DNA of 64,000 bases, taken from Schmidtea nova. Lineage: Eukaryota. The notes under the pieces are model-generated. The model worked only from the letters and a program-made list of their open reading frames with translations. It did no database searches and had not been told where the DNA came from. Made by a program: the position numbers and the translations under genes. The number at the start of each line of letters is the position of its first letter. The stretch's first letter is position 1. Where the stretch lies: assembly GCA_044892505.1 (NCBI GenBank), contig CM097882.1:86180001-86244000 (forward strand), given 5' to 3'. Shown piece by piece: positions 38,561 to 51,699 of the stretch.

Positions 38561-40424
38561 TACGAATTATATAGGTATATACTAGCTTTGCCAAAGATTA
38601 ATGCTCGAAGCTTTTAACCCTAAAGATTGCGTAAAATATAAAATTCCCGTTATACACTATTTCTATAATTAATGAGCTAACTCATAATCCATAAATCTTC
38701 TATGGAAACTCGAAAATTCTTCCTACTATTGGATCTGATTTTAAGAAAAGATAGATTCGCTCGAAAAATTCGATTTTATTTCATATTGACAGTGAATTAG
38801 GAGTTATCTTTATGAATGCGTAGTAAGAATCGAATTAAATAAGTCTATACAAGAAAGATTTCATCTTGAATTTTGTAAACTTTATAAAGAGGGGTTAATT
38901 GACAATATTATTTTCCCTTTAGATGGGAATAATTTGATTTCAGTTGAATTGGGATAACCAGTTTCGTAACCGGGGATAAATTGTTCAATTCGAAAAAAAC
39001 AGGAAATTTCCTAAACAAAAATTCATTTAAATCTTGATGTATAAATCCAGGTACCCTATTGTTAAAACGGAACTTGGGTCTACAAAATTACAACATATCC
39101 CCATCGAAATTAAAAATAATGCATATAATAAAACCAAAAGAAGTAATCTGTCAAAATTATATTTAATTGACACGCTAAAAATGGGGGAAGGGAATAAATA
39201 CATAAAACTAAAATAATATCATATATTATATTTGAGAGTATTTATTCCATAATTTGAGTCGATATAAATTCCCCATTGAAACCAAGTGAATTGAGAGTTG
39301 CAACTAAAGATTTGAAAACAATTTTACGAGCAAAAACTTTAATAACTGAGAAAAAATTATTAGAACATGTTCAAAATCTTACGAAGGCCAAAATATCTGC
39401 TAATATGCTTGAAGTGGAAAATGCATTGAATAATACAGAAGAATCATAAGATTCAACTCTTGATGATGTCATGAAAGATAGTAAAAAACAACATCCAGAA
39501 ATAAAGCTGTTTGTATCAATAAGAACATTCGTCTGATAAAATCTTCTGAAAACCATATTTAATAGAAACTAGCTGTAAAATAAACTTAGATAATGAATGT
39601 TTAAGAAGGGCAAATCACTATCATCTTCATAAATTGTTTCCTATTTATAAGGATTTGACGACAAAAAAGTTAGCTAAAAATCAATAAATCGATAATGCCC
39701 ATTTTTTCCCTTTTTAAAACGATTTATCTATAAACATTCGATAATATTTTAATCAGAATTTCAAAGTAAATAATCTACATCAATATAAATTTATTATTGC
39801 ATCAAAATAAATCACTCCGAGCATCAAAAACACTAACAAAACATTAAATTTTACCAATATTACAATTTATGATTATTAGTAGATAAAATATTTTCCAACC
39901 AAAAGAAAACAAACTTTAATCTGTATTTATAATTAAAACGAAAAACTTTATTTTTTATTTTATAAATAGAAATTTTATTGTTAAAATAGGAAATAGTGAA
40001 TTGGTTGTTTAAATTCACTACTATAAATATTCAAAACAAGCATAATTTAAATAATATATAGTCAAATGTGCCAACACTGATATACATCTGTATACTGAAT
40101 CAAAAATTTCAATAATCGAAGGTCAATTAAACGTTTTCAATAATTTTTATTTAATAATCCTTTTAAAGGTCCGAAGAAAAAAATCGGCAATGCCGGTGAA
40201 TACGGAGCTAGGCAAGGAAATTTTATCAGAAAAGACAATCAAAGATTGAATCTCCATCGTGCGCAAAATACAACTGCCAATCCCATTGGAAAGTTGGTGT
40301 TAATAATTATTGGATAATGATTTAATGAATTTTTAGTTCTAGAGAGCTAGGGCTACAAGAAATTCACCACCACAGCCGCAATTACTGCTCGCGCACGGCT
40401 CAAACTCATTAATTTGGATCATTA

Positions 40425-40575
40425 AATTTTTGAATATTAACAATATGTCGTCGATTTTTACCAATAAAGTTTTGAATATTAACAATATGTTATCAATTAT
40501 TATCAATAAACCTCCGAATATTAACAATTTGTTGTCAATTTCTATCTATAAATTTTTGAACATTAACAATTTGTC
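40425..40575. repeat. 45-bp tandem repeat, about 4 degenerate units
   Basis: GAATATTAACAAT(A/T)TGT recurs at ~45-bp spacing. Confidence 0.75.
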
Positions 40576-41001
40576 TTCTCTGTTGTTTTTGATTCTTATA
40601 GTTTTTGACAGCCTCCAAGTGAGGTTCATAATTAATTTGGAAATGCCTTACATATCAAACTCAAATTTAAGGGCGTTATACGTTTCTAAAATGATGTTAG
40701 TTATAGAGTGTTATAGCTGTAGGTAGGCTCTAGGATGTGATAGATGAAATACAATGACTTAGGTGGATGCATGAATTTTTATGAATGATGTGGGATGTGG
40801 TGATTATGAATGTGTGTGTAAATTATTATAGATTTTGGATGTATTTCTTATTGTCATGATTATATGTGATAGTCTGTTGGGTGAAATAAGTGATTATGTG
40901 AATGAATATGAATGCTTGTGCAAGTTCTGGATGTATGATGCAGACAGATGTTATTGAATGGATGTCTTGTGTGAATTTTCTGGATATGTGATGCAAATAG
41001 G

Positions 41002-41815
41002 CAGAGGCGGACTGGCTACTTATTCTCAGGGTTGCTGATGTACCTCAGGGGCCCGTAATTGCATGCAGGGTCACGAATTCTTTCTAAACAAATTTTACCT
41101 CTATGTTAAATTTACGTGAAAAATGGCTTTTGTGCACACTATGGTAGTTACACACCAACATTGTAATATCATTTGATTACCCATTAAAAAGAAAATGATT
41201 AGATAGGCTACTTATTAAATATTACAGCTCATTTAACACCAGAAAACAACACGTACACTACGTGGAGCAAGTAACAGGCAGAAATAAACAGGAGAAAATG
41301 TTAGTACAGTAAAGCACGTTTTAATTCGGTAGAACTATCATTATCCATTATATATATGCAAAACTTTTAGAAGTAGACTTAATATCGTTTGGTAAATTAT
41401 AAAGAATGTTGACAAAGAAACGAAAGAGTCCTTTTAATAGCGTAATTTTTATGAAATTTTATAATAATAAATTTAATATCACAGTTGAACTTACTTCAAA
41501 ATGATCCGTTAATGAAATAAAATTGCATGCACAATGCAGAAATGATAATTCACGAGAATTCTCTGATAACGCGGTTAAGTTATACTAACAAACTTAGCAG
41601 TTAAAACAAATATATAAAAAATGTTCGTAAATCAGCCTTATTATTATAATTCTATACTTGCATTGTTGATTTAAATAAATTTTTTTCATAAAGTACAAAT
41701 CAATAGGTATTAACTAAAATATATATTTTTATTCTACATTGGGCCCGGATCCCTAACATTTGGAAAGGGCCCGGGTTGCTAACGCAACCCGGCAACCCGG
41801 GTCAGTCCGCCACTG
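41002..41815. mobile_element. hAT-type non-autonomous element
   Basis: TIRs CAGAGGCGGACTG / CAGTCCGCCACTG with an exact 8-bp TSD CAAATAGG (40994-41001, 41816-41823). Confidence 0.9.
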
Positions 41816-43273
41816 CAAATAGGTACTATTGAGTGAAACAATATAGTGTGTGTGTGTGTGTTGGTAAATGAATGTATTTTGGTATAGAATTAGGTATGGA
41901 TGGTGCTAATGAATGGTATGGATGTAATATATTGCAAACATGGATGTATTATGATTTTCGTGATATCGTGGGAGTATTTATAAAATAATATATGTTTATA
42001 TATAAAATAATTTTTAGAATTAAAATGATAATAATAATTTTTGTATTTTCTACACAATTTTAAATTTACAATTTTATAAAAGTCATATAATAATAAAATT
42101 TCTTATTTCAAATTTTTATAATATAAATTTTTCGATTTCAAATTTTTATATTTTAAGGATAAATACAAAATAATTTTTAGAATTAAGATAATAACTATAT
42201 CAATTACAAATTTTTCTCCAACATTTTAACTTTAGAATTTTATAAAATAAAAAATTTTTAATATAATGATAAAAGTTTTTATTTAAAATTTTTATATTCT
42301 AATATAATCAAAAATTTTAATTTATAATTTTACATTCTAATATAAGTTTTGATTTTTTAATTTTTACATTCTAGGAAAATTTTAATTTTTATATTTTAAT
42401 TTTCACATAATATATTATCTATAAGTGAAAATTTTTATTTTTATAACCAAATCTGAAAATTTTATAAGATTTATACCATAATAATTTTTTTTTCACGAAT
42501 TTCGCAAACTAAAAAAATTTAATCTAAAAAATTTTATATATTAAATTATCTTCAAAAATAAATTATAAATTTTTACAAAAATTGATTTCTATATATAAAA
42601 ACAAGGCATATATAAAATTTCAAGCCGGTTCTTTCGCGATCACTAATATTAAAAATTCTATATGCAATTCTTAGAAGTTTTCATCAATGAGGTTCACGAT
42701 TTCGAGTAAAAATTCAACGAACTATTATCGAGCAAAATCTGTAAACATAATTCAATGTAATATTTTTATTGCTCTTTGAGGATTCATTACGAGCTTTTAT
42801 ACGTTTGACTTTCCGATCGACTTTGCAAATTCTTTCATAGTGAAGTGAAGATGACGTTTATTGAGCGAAGGCGATTGACGAGACGAATGCATATTTCCGA
42901 TTTATTTTTATTATGTTCGCATTTTTATGCAGTTATCAGAATTATACAATTTGATGTAAATAAATATATATAAAATACTATAAATAAAATATTCATTTGC
43001 GTCTTTGAATACCATATAGCATTTCAAAAAAATGTAATAGGATTCTAGACGTTAATTATTTTGAACAGACCTTGCGCTTGGCCAATCCACTACTCCTCAT
43101 ATAGCCAGGCATGAGATGAAGCGTTTTTGGATGTATGCGCTCAATTCGATGAAAAAAATGGATCAGAACACTGAAAGGACTCCAGTGAACTAATGATTCA
43201 CCAAAGCAACTAATGGCGGTACAACGACTAGGTGGACCACCATCAGACGTATGGAAATGGTTTTAATTAAAAA

Positions 43274-43359
<86 letters not shown>

Positions 43360-44262
43360 GAATATCAATATAAGTATGTTAAATTGTGAGAAAATATGAT
43401 CAGAGTAAAAATAAAATTTGAATAGAAAAAATTATAATAATCATTACATATTTTACCATAAGATAATACATTATCAAACTTCGAAATAAAATTGAAAATC
43501 AAATCAGAATACCTACGGCAGGGTAACATGGCAAGATTTACTAGCCTGCATAATATAAAAATCATGATTCTTACATAATCGAATAGCTTTCCCGCTTGGT
43601 TCGGATACGGTTTCTAGAAATTTTTCGAGGGGTTCGCCTTCCGATAATTTTTTCAAACGATTTTAAGCAAAATTATCTCTTAAAAATTTCACTGCTAAAA
43701 ACGTTTCAAAGTTTTTAGCAACAAAATTCCAGAAAATTCCCGAAAATTCTGCAATTTCTGACGAAATTGATTGATGAAATCCATTTTGATGGCGGTATAT
43801 ATAGTTGCTCAAATTTTTATTTTCATTGAGGTATTAAAACAAATTGTTCTAGAAAGAATTTTCTGATTCTTGAAAATTAATTTTAATAATTTTACGCAAA
43901 ATTGAATTATTATTTTTGCATAAAATTTTAAATAAATTCTAAATTATTTTTTTTTGATCTAAAATTTCATTTTTAAATCAAAGTTTTTCCTAAGTAGTAT
44001 GTAAACCACCCGCACCCAGGCCAACAACCCTTTAAAAACTGAAAAACTGAAAAAACTGATAATATAAAACTGAATCTAAAACTGAATCTAAAACTAATAA
44101 TTACATGTTTCAAGTTTGATGGTTAATCAAGAACAAATGGTAAAAAAATGTACTAGTCTAAAGGGCGGCGGGTGGTTTACATACTACTCTAATTGAATAA
44201 TGAAAATTATACAAAAATTATACAAATTATAAAAAAAACAATAAAAATATTTTTGTTTAAAA

Positions 44263-47200
44263 ATGTCGAGTACTCGAAATTTTTATTGTCAAATTTGTTA
44301 TAAATATTTTACGAGAAATTCAGCATTCATTTCTCATAAAAAGTCAAAAGATCATTTGAGAAAATCTGGTGAGTTGAATGATGATAATTCAACACCATGT
44401 CTGAAATGTGGTGTTAGATTTTTAAAAAGTGGAATAAAAACACATACAGCTGCATGTATTGGTGTACAGAGACAAGTACTAAATTACAAATATTGTAATA
44501 TTTGTAATAAAAGATTTACTACCAAGACTGGGTTAGAAATGCACATGGAAAAACATCAGCAACCAGAAAGAAATTTTAATGATATATACGTCTCTGAAGA
44601 AGTTGGTCGGCCAGAGCGAGTCCCCATATCAATTAGATCTTTTATATTTAAACATCGGAAAGAAATTACAAGATTTCTAACAAAAACAGTTAGAAAATTT
44701 AGATTTATGAAGTGGAATATAAATCTTGAACTTAGATATTCTAGACATAATAGTGGTGAAAATTGTTTAAAATCAAAAATAACAACAAACCACCAGAATG
44801 TTTACAAAAGAATAATAAAGGTGGTTATTGAAAGAATAATTCTACAACTAGAAGAAAACATGGAAAGATTACAAGAAGAAATAAATCCGAGTGATTTAGT
44901 TTTATTTTCAATGGGAGGGTTGCAAATAGAATGTTGGAAAATAAAACCACTAGGTGGAAAGTCGTATATTCCGCTAATATTCAAATCGAATTATTTGGTG
45001 AATATAAAAAACGAAGATGATAGATGTTTTGAATATTAGGTTTTGGCGCATATGCATCCAGCAGCAAAGAACCCAAATCGAGTTTCAAAATATCAACCGT
45101 TTTTGAATACTCTAAATTTTGGGGCTTTGGAGTTTCCAATAAAAGTAGAAGATGTACCTCAAATTGAAAAACTGAATAATCTTAGGATAAATATTTATCT
45201 TTTATTTTCAAAAAATGCCAAGAACTTACTTCCATATTATATTTCAGAAAATAACATGTCCGAGGATGTAATATCATTATTATATATAGATGAGAATATT
45301 AAAAGAAAAAATGTTGAGAATGATGAGCGCAGCTCTGCTGATGATGATAATAATGAGCGCAGTTCTGCTGATGTTGATAATGATGAGCGCAGCTCTGCTG
45401 ATAATGGCGATTGTAGTTTCAGTGAACGCAGTTTTTTCGATTTAAAAGATGATGTAAAAAGAAATTGTAGAGATAAAAATACACACTATGTTTTGATTAA
45501 AAATTTTCAAAAATTTATAAAAGAACAATTTGGTAAAGAAAAGATTATTATTATTGTGAAAGATGTTTAAATAGATCAACAACAAAAAATACAAAAGAAT
45601 TACACAAACGATTACGTGTTTTAAATAAACCATCAAAAAAGATGATGCCTCCACAAGATAGTAAATTAAAATTCAATAATTATTTTGCTCGAGTAAAACC
45701 TTTTGCTATGATATATGGAGATTTCGAATCAATTAATAATAATATAAATGATGACAAGAAAATAAACGAGGTATTAAGAAATTCAAATTATATAGATTTT
45801 AATTATCCCCTCAATGAAAATGAAACAGAATAAGATAAAAAGAAATATTTTTTAAAAAGAATATCATATACAAAGAATTTAACTCGTCAAACTGCTTCTT
45901 CATATTGTTTGTACATCAAAAGTAATTATGAAGAAATATATTCATCTCGCGAAATATTCTATAGAGGAACATCTTCAGAGGATACTCTAGATCATTTTGT
46001 AAAAACAATAAATGATTTGGAAAATGATTTCTATTCTATTATTGGTCGAGGAAAAGATGGATATTATATAGATGAGCCACTATGTGAACCAATTCCTATA
46101 ATTGACCCAGAAAAAGAAACAAATTGTTGGTTGTGTCAAGAAAATATAATCGACGAAACTCCGGTTGTTGATCATGATCATTTTAATGGTAAGTTTAGAG
46201 GTTATGCACACAATTCTTGTAATTTATCATGTTCAAGATCAAAAGTAATACCAATAGTATTTCATAATGGTTCAAACTATGATGTTTATTTGTATATTAA
46301 AGCACTTGCCAGGAATAATAAAAATTCTTTCAAAATAATTGGAAAAACAAAAGAGGAATACATTTCTGTTCAGTGGGGATGTTTAAAATTTATTGACTCG
46401 ATGAGATTTTTTCCCCAGGGCATGTCTTTGAATAATGCTGGAAAGGCTCTAAAGAATGATGATTTTGAAATTTTAAAACAAAAACTGCAAGAATGGAATC
46501 AAACCGAAAATTTCGACATGTTTAGACAAAAAGGAATATTTACATATGATTGGCTCGATTCTTTTGAAAAATTTAATAATAAACAACTACCACCACATGA
46601 TGATTTTTTTTCAGTTTTGTATCAGGAAAATATATCAAAACAAGAATATGAGCGAGCATTAAAAATGTGGGACTTTTTTAATTGTAAAACTGTTGGTGAT
46701 TATAATGATTTGTATCTTAGGTTAGATGTGTATATTTTTGCGGATTGTTTTGAAAAATTCAGAAAAACATTTTCGATTGACCCAGCTCATTTTGTTTCTG
46801 GACCATCACTCGCATGGCAAGTTTTATTATATACATCAAAACAAACACTAGATTTATTATCTGATTTGAACATGTATCAGATGATTAGTAATAATATTCG
46901 TGGAGGAATATCATCAGTAATGGGATCACGAAAAATTGTTGCCAACTACATCGAGGAATGGTACAACAAAATAGTTGAAAATGGCTTGATGGAGATCAAA
47001 AGTGATCAAGAATTTGAAAAAATATGTGAGGCTATGAATAATCCATCACATATTAGATATATTGACGCAACCGCATTATATTCGGGTATAATGACTCAAT
47101 ACATACCCTGTGGAGATTTTAAATGGGAAAACCCAACAACTGAAATTTTTGAAAAAATTTTAGAAACACCCCCAAATTCAAACATTGGATATTTTCTAGA

Positions 47201-48408
47201 AGTAGATTTTGATTATCCACTAAAATTACACTACAAGACAAAAAACTTTCCATTTTGTCCAACAAGAAGAAGAATAAAATATAGTGAATTATCAGAATTC
47301 CAGAAAAAAATAAAACAGCGAAGCTGCGCTCAGTGGGATAAACCATCCACAAAAAAATTAATTTGTGATCAACACGATAAAAGAAAATATCTTGTTCATT
47401 ATAGAAATTTACAATTTTATATTAAACAAGGAATGATTTTAAAATATATTCATACTATAATTTCTTTTAAACAATCTCCTTGGATGATGAATTATATTAA
47501 TGATAATATTGCAAAAAGAAGTATTGCAAATCAAGCAGGGGAAAAATTTGGAGTCGAGATTTTCAAATTACTAAACAATGCAGTATTTAGAAAGACTATG
47601 GAAAATCTTGATAAACGTAGAAATATAAAATTGTACAATTCCAGGAATTGTAAAGAAGCACAAAATATAATGTCAAGACCAACATTCTCAAAGGTGGACA
47701 AAAATTTACAAAAGATTTAATGGCTCTAGAAGTTGGAAATTTTAAAAAATTGTATAACAAACCAATTTATTTGGGATTTACAATATTGGAATTATCAAAA
47801 CTACAAATGCATGAAATGTATTATAATCAATTATTACCTAATTTTGGTGAAAGAATTTCATTGCATTATATGGATACTGATTCCAACTTTCTTGTAATAA
47901 TTCATATAATATAAAACAAGAAATTAAAAACGTTCCATCAATTAATGATAGTAAATCTTTATTTTCATACAAGGATGAATCACCAAATGATCCAATAAAA
48001 GAAGCGATATTTATTAGAGCAAAACAATATTCCTACGAAACACAAGGAGGACAAAACGAAAAAAAGAACAAGGGAATTCAAAAGAGTGCTCTAAAAAAAC
48101 AAATACATCATAAAGATTATGAAAATTGTATTTCAAATAATCCTCTTGGTGAAATGTATAATAAAGAACCACTGAATGTTGTTGTTCATGGTATTCAAAA
48201 CAAAAATCATGATATATATTTAATAGAACAAAACAAAAAAGCTCTAGAAAATTATGATGATAAAAGATTTATTTTATCTGATGGTATTACAACTTTACCA
48301 TATGGACATGAAAATATAAAATACATTCAAAGACTAGATGAAATAAATAAAAAATATAATACAAATTTAATTGATTTGGATATTGCTCAAGTTAAATTCA
48401 GACATTGA
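44263..48408 (+). pseudogene. Protein-primed DNA polymerase B with N-terminal C2H2 zinc fingers and an endonuclease-VII-like domain; disrupted
   Basis: Three Cys/His fingers; NIKNEDDRCFEY*VL; YGDFES; CWLC..VVDHDHFNGKFRGYAHNSCNL; FHNGSNYD; FIDSMRF; RQKGIFTYD; IRGGIS; YIDATALYSGIM; KLLNNAVF; YMDTDS; YDDKRFI. Split into ORFs at 44263, 45043, 45642, 45909, 47720 and 48154. Confidence 0.95.
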
Positions 48409-48445
48409 TGTTATAATTCAGATTCCATTTTTATACAATCCATTT

Positions 48446-49254
48446 TTATTGTAATTGTTTCAACTTGTTTTTATAATCTTGTTTAATATCATCGCGTAAA
48501 TCTTTTACAACTTGTTTTCTAATAATATTAACATCTTGTTTTATTTCTTTGCTATATTTTATTTTGTTAATTTCCTCAATAATTTCTCGTATAATAATTT
48601 TACTAGTTTCAATTTCTTCATCACTCAAAACATCATCACTCATGGCTTTATTTTGATATAAATATAATTTGTTTACACCCAATTCTAATTTCAAACACAC
48701 TTCTCTATAAATCTTTTTCTTTTTACTAGTCAATCCAATAGAAATTGATTCAGTTAAAAATAAATCCAAAGCAGAAATACCTCCAGTAACTGAACTCAAT
48801 ATAATTATTCCTGTTCCCAAACCAAATGTAGTCAAGGGAGCTATGGCAATACTACAACAAGTCAAAAAAATCCCAAAGAAATACCAGTAATTTTAATTAT
48901 AGAATCTGCTCGTGTCCATCTATGTTTTATTTTTTTATAATGATTCAACAAATCTTGTAATTGTTTCTTGGATGATATAAATTCATTAATTTTACTCGTC
49001 TTGTATTTTTTATAGAGGTTATTAGTGTTGTCTATAGGAGCTGTTGGTTCGACAAAGTCGCCGCTTCGTGGTTCAACAAATTTGTCGCTTCGTGGTTCAA
49101 CAAAGTCGTCGCTTCGTGGTTCACGCAGTGGTGCCTCTAGCGGTTCCTTGTTAAATCCTTCTTTATCTTTATCTGAAAAACTGTGTTTATAAATCTCTTC
49201 TAAATTCGGATAGCGAGCAACTGGAATAATAAAATCTTCTTTAATCTCTTCCAT
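48446..49254 (-). pseudogene. Polinton membrane protein (gasderminX-like), frameshifted into two ORFs
   Basis: A basic helix (HYKKIKHRW) is followed by a Gly/Ser/Thr-rich hydrophobic hairpin, then KKKK..KL..NKAMSDDVLSDEE, an architecture I recognise from Polinton gasderminX-type proteins. Confidence 0.55.
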
Positions 49255-49258
49255 TTTG

Positions 49259-50437
49259 TTAAATTAAATATACCTTGTTACCTTGTGTTATTAATTCATG
49301 ATCTCTTTGGTTCAACATGTGACTATATTGATTTTTAAAAGCATTCTGAACAATTTTGTCATCAACTATTACATTATAATACAAAAAATCAATATATTCT
49401 ACAATACCAGTTGAAAATTCAATTTTACTCACCTTTCGCGTATATTTATGTTTTGATTTAGTCCCATCAAAATATACATCACCAGTTGATGTTAACCCAT
49501 AAATGGTGACATCACTAACCCTAAAACCTGTTGAATCTTTAGAAGGATCCTTTGAAAATAATGTCAAAACACCATTGTTATTACTAAATAAAATATTATT
49601 TGTTTGAATAATCTTTACTACAAGATGAATTGACCAAGTAGAAGCTGAAAGAGATATTGGATCTAAAGATTTTATGTGTGTAAATGTATTGTGTGTTAAA
49701 TTATGATTTTCTTTCAATTCTGCACTTCTCTTTCTAATAACATGAGTATGATCAACATGTGAGTTGTGAGATTCTAATCTTAGAAATCTTAAATTGAATG
49801 AAATAATTATCTCATTTGTTATTGCATATATTGTTTCTTTGAATTTATAAATTTCTGTATCAATATATTTTTTATTTATGGAATCATTTAAAATTTTCAT
49901 GTTTGTACTTCTTTTTTCCTCAATTTTGTATTCTTCTCTTGTTATAAATTTTGTCTTTAAATTTTCCTTTTCTTCCTTTACTGATTTTAAAGTGTCACGC
50001 ATAATTCCCAATTCTTGAAAAACCTTTTCACTCAATTCCTTACACGTCTTTATTTTATCTTGTAGTTTCTTGTTTTCTTGTTCCAAAATTTCTATTTTAT
50101 TGTTTTCTTGTTCCAAAATTTCTATTTTCTTGTTGATTCTTTCATTTTCATATTCCAACTTTCTATTCTTTTTAAACAACATATGAACATCACTAGTTGT
50201 AATATTTAACCGAGCATTTGTTGCTCTTGATAAATCATCTACATATTTTTTATTTACAATTTCATTTTCATTCGTTGGAATTTCAACACCAATAATTTTG
50301 TTACCATTCATGTTTAAATCTCCCTTCATAACATCACCACTTTCATTTACAAATCTATTTTCAGATTTCAACATTACATCATCTGTATTAAAAGTTGGAG
50401 TTGATCCAGTATAATGAACAGGCATAACAATACTCAT
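49259..50437 (-). CDS. Putative fibre/spike-like virion protein with coiled coil
   Basis: N-terminal GDVMKGDLNMNGNKI..PTNENEIVNKKYVD is a fibre-type motif. It has a duplicated KIEILEQEN coiled coil and a beta-rich C-terminus. Confidence 0.45.
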   Translation of the reverse strand: MSIVMPVHYTGSTPTFNTDDVMLKSENRFVNESGDVMKGDLNMNGNKIIGVEIPTNENEIVNKKYVDDLSRATNARLNITTSDVHMLFKKNRKLEYENERINKKIEILEQENNKIEILEQENKKLQDKIKTCKELSEKVFQELGIMRDTLKSVKEEKENLKTKFITREEYKIEEKRSTNMKILNDSINKKYIDTEIYKFKETIYAITNEIIISFNLRFLRLESHNSHVDHTHVIRKRSAELKENHNLTHNTFTHIKSLDPISLSASTWSIHLVVKIIQTNNILFSNNNGVLTLFSKDPSKDSTGFRVSDVTIYGLTSTGDVYFDGTKSKHKYTRKVSKIEFSTGIVEYIDFLYYNVIVDDKIVQNAFKNQYSHMLNQRDHELITQGNKVYLI

Positions 50438-50438
50438 T

Positions 50439-50867
50439 TTAATGTGTTAGTTTTAGTATTATTTCTTCAAAACCAAAACTGTTTTCCAACTGCCACAATA
50501 CAAAACAACACAATTGTCCACATATTTTTGTATTATTTGTTTGTACTTGAATTGTATTGTATAAAAATTCGTTACTAATAAATTCTTCAATTCCTTTTAT
50601 AGGAACAATTCCAAAAGAATCAAAATAAATCTTGTGTTTATTTGAACACAAAACCCAATGACTTCCTTTTTGATTTGTATTTTGTAAATTTATAATCAAA
50701 TTTGTTTTAAAAGAATAATTTTTTATTTCATCACACATTATTATTGCAACTTTCACATGTAAATCTCTACAAATGTTTTTCAAATCAAAATTTGTCGTAG
50801 TATCTGTTCCATATTTTTCTAAAAACTTGGTAAAGTCGGCAGAGCTGATTCTTCGAAGATCACCCAT
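50439..50867 (-). CDS. Adenain-like cysteine protease
   Basis: IINL..GSHWV..YFDSFG..Q...CGQLC provides the H, D, Q and C catalytic residues. The ORF is intact. Confidence 0.9.
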   Translation of the reverse strand: MGDLRRISSADFTKFLEKYGTDTTTNFDLKNICRDLHVKVAIIMCDEIKNYSFKTNLIINLQNTNQKGSHWVLCSNKHKIYFDSFGIVPIKGIEEFISNEFLYNTIQVQTNNTKICGQLCCFVLWQLENSFGFEEIILKLTH

Positions 50868-51680
50868 TTAAACTTGTCTAAGTTGACATGAAAAACAAAT
50901 TTCTTCATTATTAAAATTTATTGTTTTTTCATTTTGATCTTGTATTTTAAAAGTTATACTACTTATCGTCTTGTTGATGATTGGTATATAAGCTGGATTT
51001 GTATTGTATTGAACAACTCTATAACCATGTGCAACAGTTCCATATGGAAAACTGTACAAACAATTTGTTATTTTTCCATTATAATAAGAACCTTGTACAA
51101 CATCACATGATAAATTGATTGAAGATATTTTGCTTATATTTACATAATCTTTGGCAACAACTTGTCCTTTGTATACTGTAATATTATCGAAACCAAGTAC
51201 TTGTCCAAGGTGTAACGTGTCCTCACTTTGTTCTCTGGTAGATTTTAATTCTTTCCCAAAATGAATTGAATACCCGTCTGTTATATTCATTTTTACTTTT
51301 GCAGAAGGAGCATCAAGTTCAAATTTTATTGGTGACTCGAGCAATTTAAATTTTTCCTTTATTGTCTTTTCAATTGTTTTGAACAAGACATCTAATTCAT
51401 ATGCACCTGGAGAAATTGTTAACGACGAGTGTATATTGTTAGCGGAGCCGTGCTGATTAAAAACAACTACAAAACTATTATTTTCGTTGGTAATATTAAA
51501 AACAGAATTAAAAGTTGTAAACCATAATAGACCAATTTCATAATTGTAATCTTTATTCAAAACAATAGGAATTGGAAATCTTGCTGTAAATTCAGACTTG
51601 TTTGAACTAAAATTTAAAATTGTAGAATATTTAAAACTCAACATGTTTATTAAAGATGAGAGTTCCGACTTTGTTTCCAT
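50868..51680 (-). CDS. Minor capsid (penton-like) protein
   Basis: F..PI.LNKDY.YEIGLL.F..FNS..NIT..NN, ISPGAYE, LGQVLGF, I.L.CDVV.GSY.NG...LYSF and I.F.IQDQN...INFN are typical of Polinton mCP. It lies next to the MCP. Confidence 0.8.
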   Translation of the reverse strand: METKSELSSLINMLSFKYSTILNFSSNKSEFTARFPIPIVLNKDYNYEIGLLWFTTFNSVFNITNENNSFVVVFNQHGSANNIHSSLTISPGAYELDVLFKTIEKTIKEKFKLLESPIKFELDAPSAKVKMNITDGYSIHFGKELKSTREQSEDTLHLGQVLGFDNITVYKGQVVAKDYVNISKISSINLSCDVVQGSYYNGKITNCLYSFPYGTVAHGYRVVQYNTNPAYIPIINKTISSITFKIQDQNEKTINFNNEEICFSCQLRQV

Positions 51681-51699
51681 TTTTAATTACTAAAATTAA

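Noticed and set aside
39290-39540. Coding-like + strand stretch (ELRVATKDLKTILRAK...)
   Set aside because: It has an internal stop and no recognisable family, so it cannot be assigned.
40425-40575. 45-bp repeats, and the 59 kb array, as CRISPR-like
   Set aside because: They are degenerate tandem repeats without unique spacers; there are no cas genes and the context is eukaryotic.
44007-44013. CACCCGC shared between the Polinton terminus and the cassette-B terminus
   Set aside because: Only 7 bp, which is compatible with chance.
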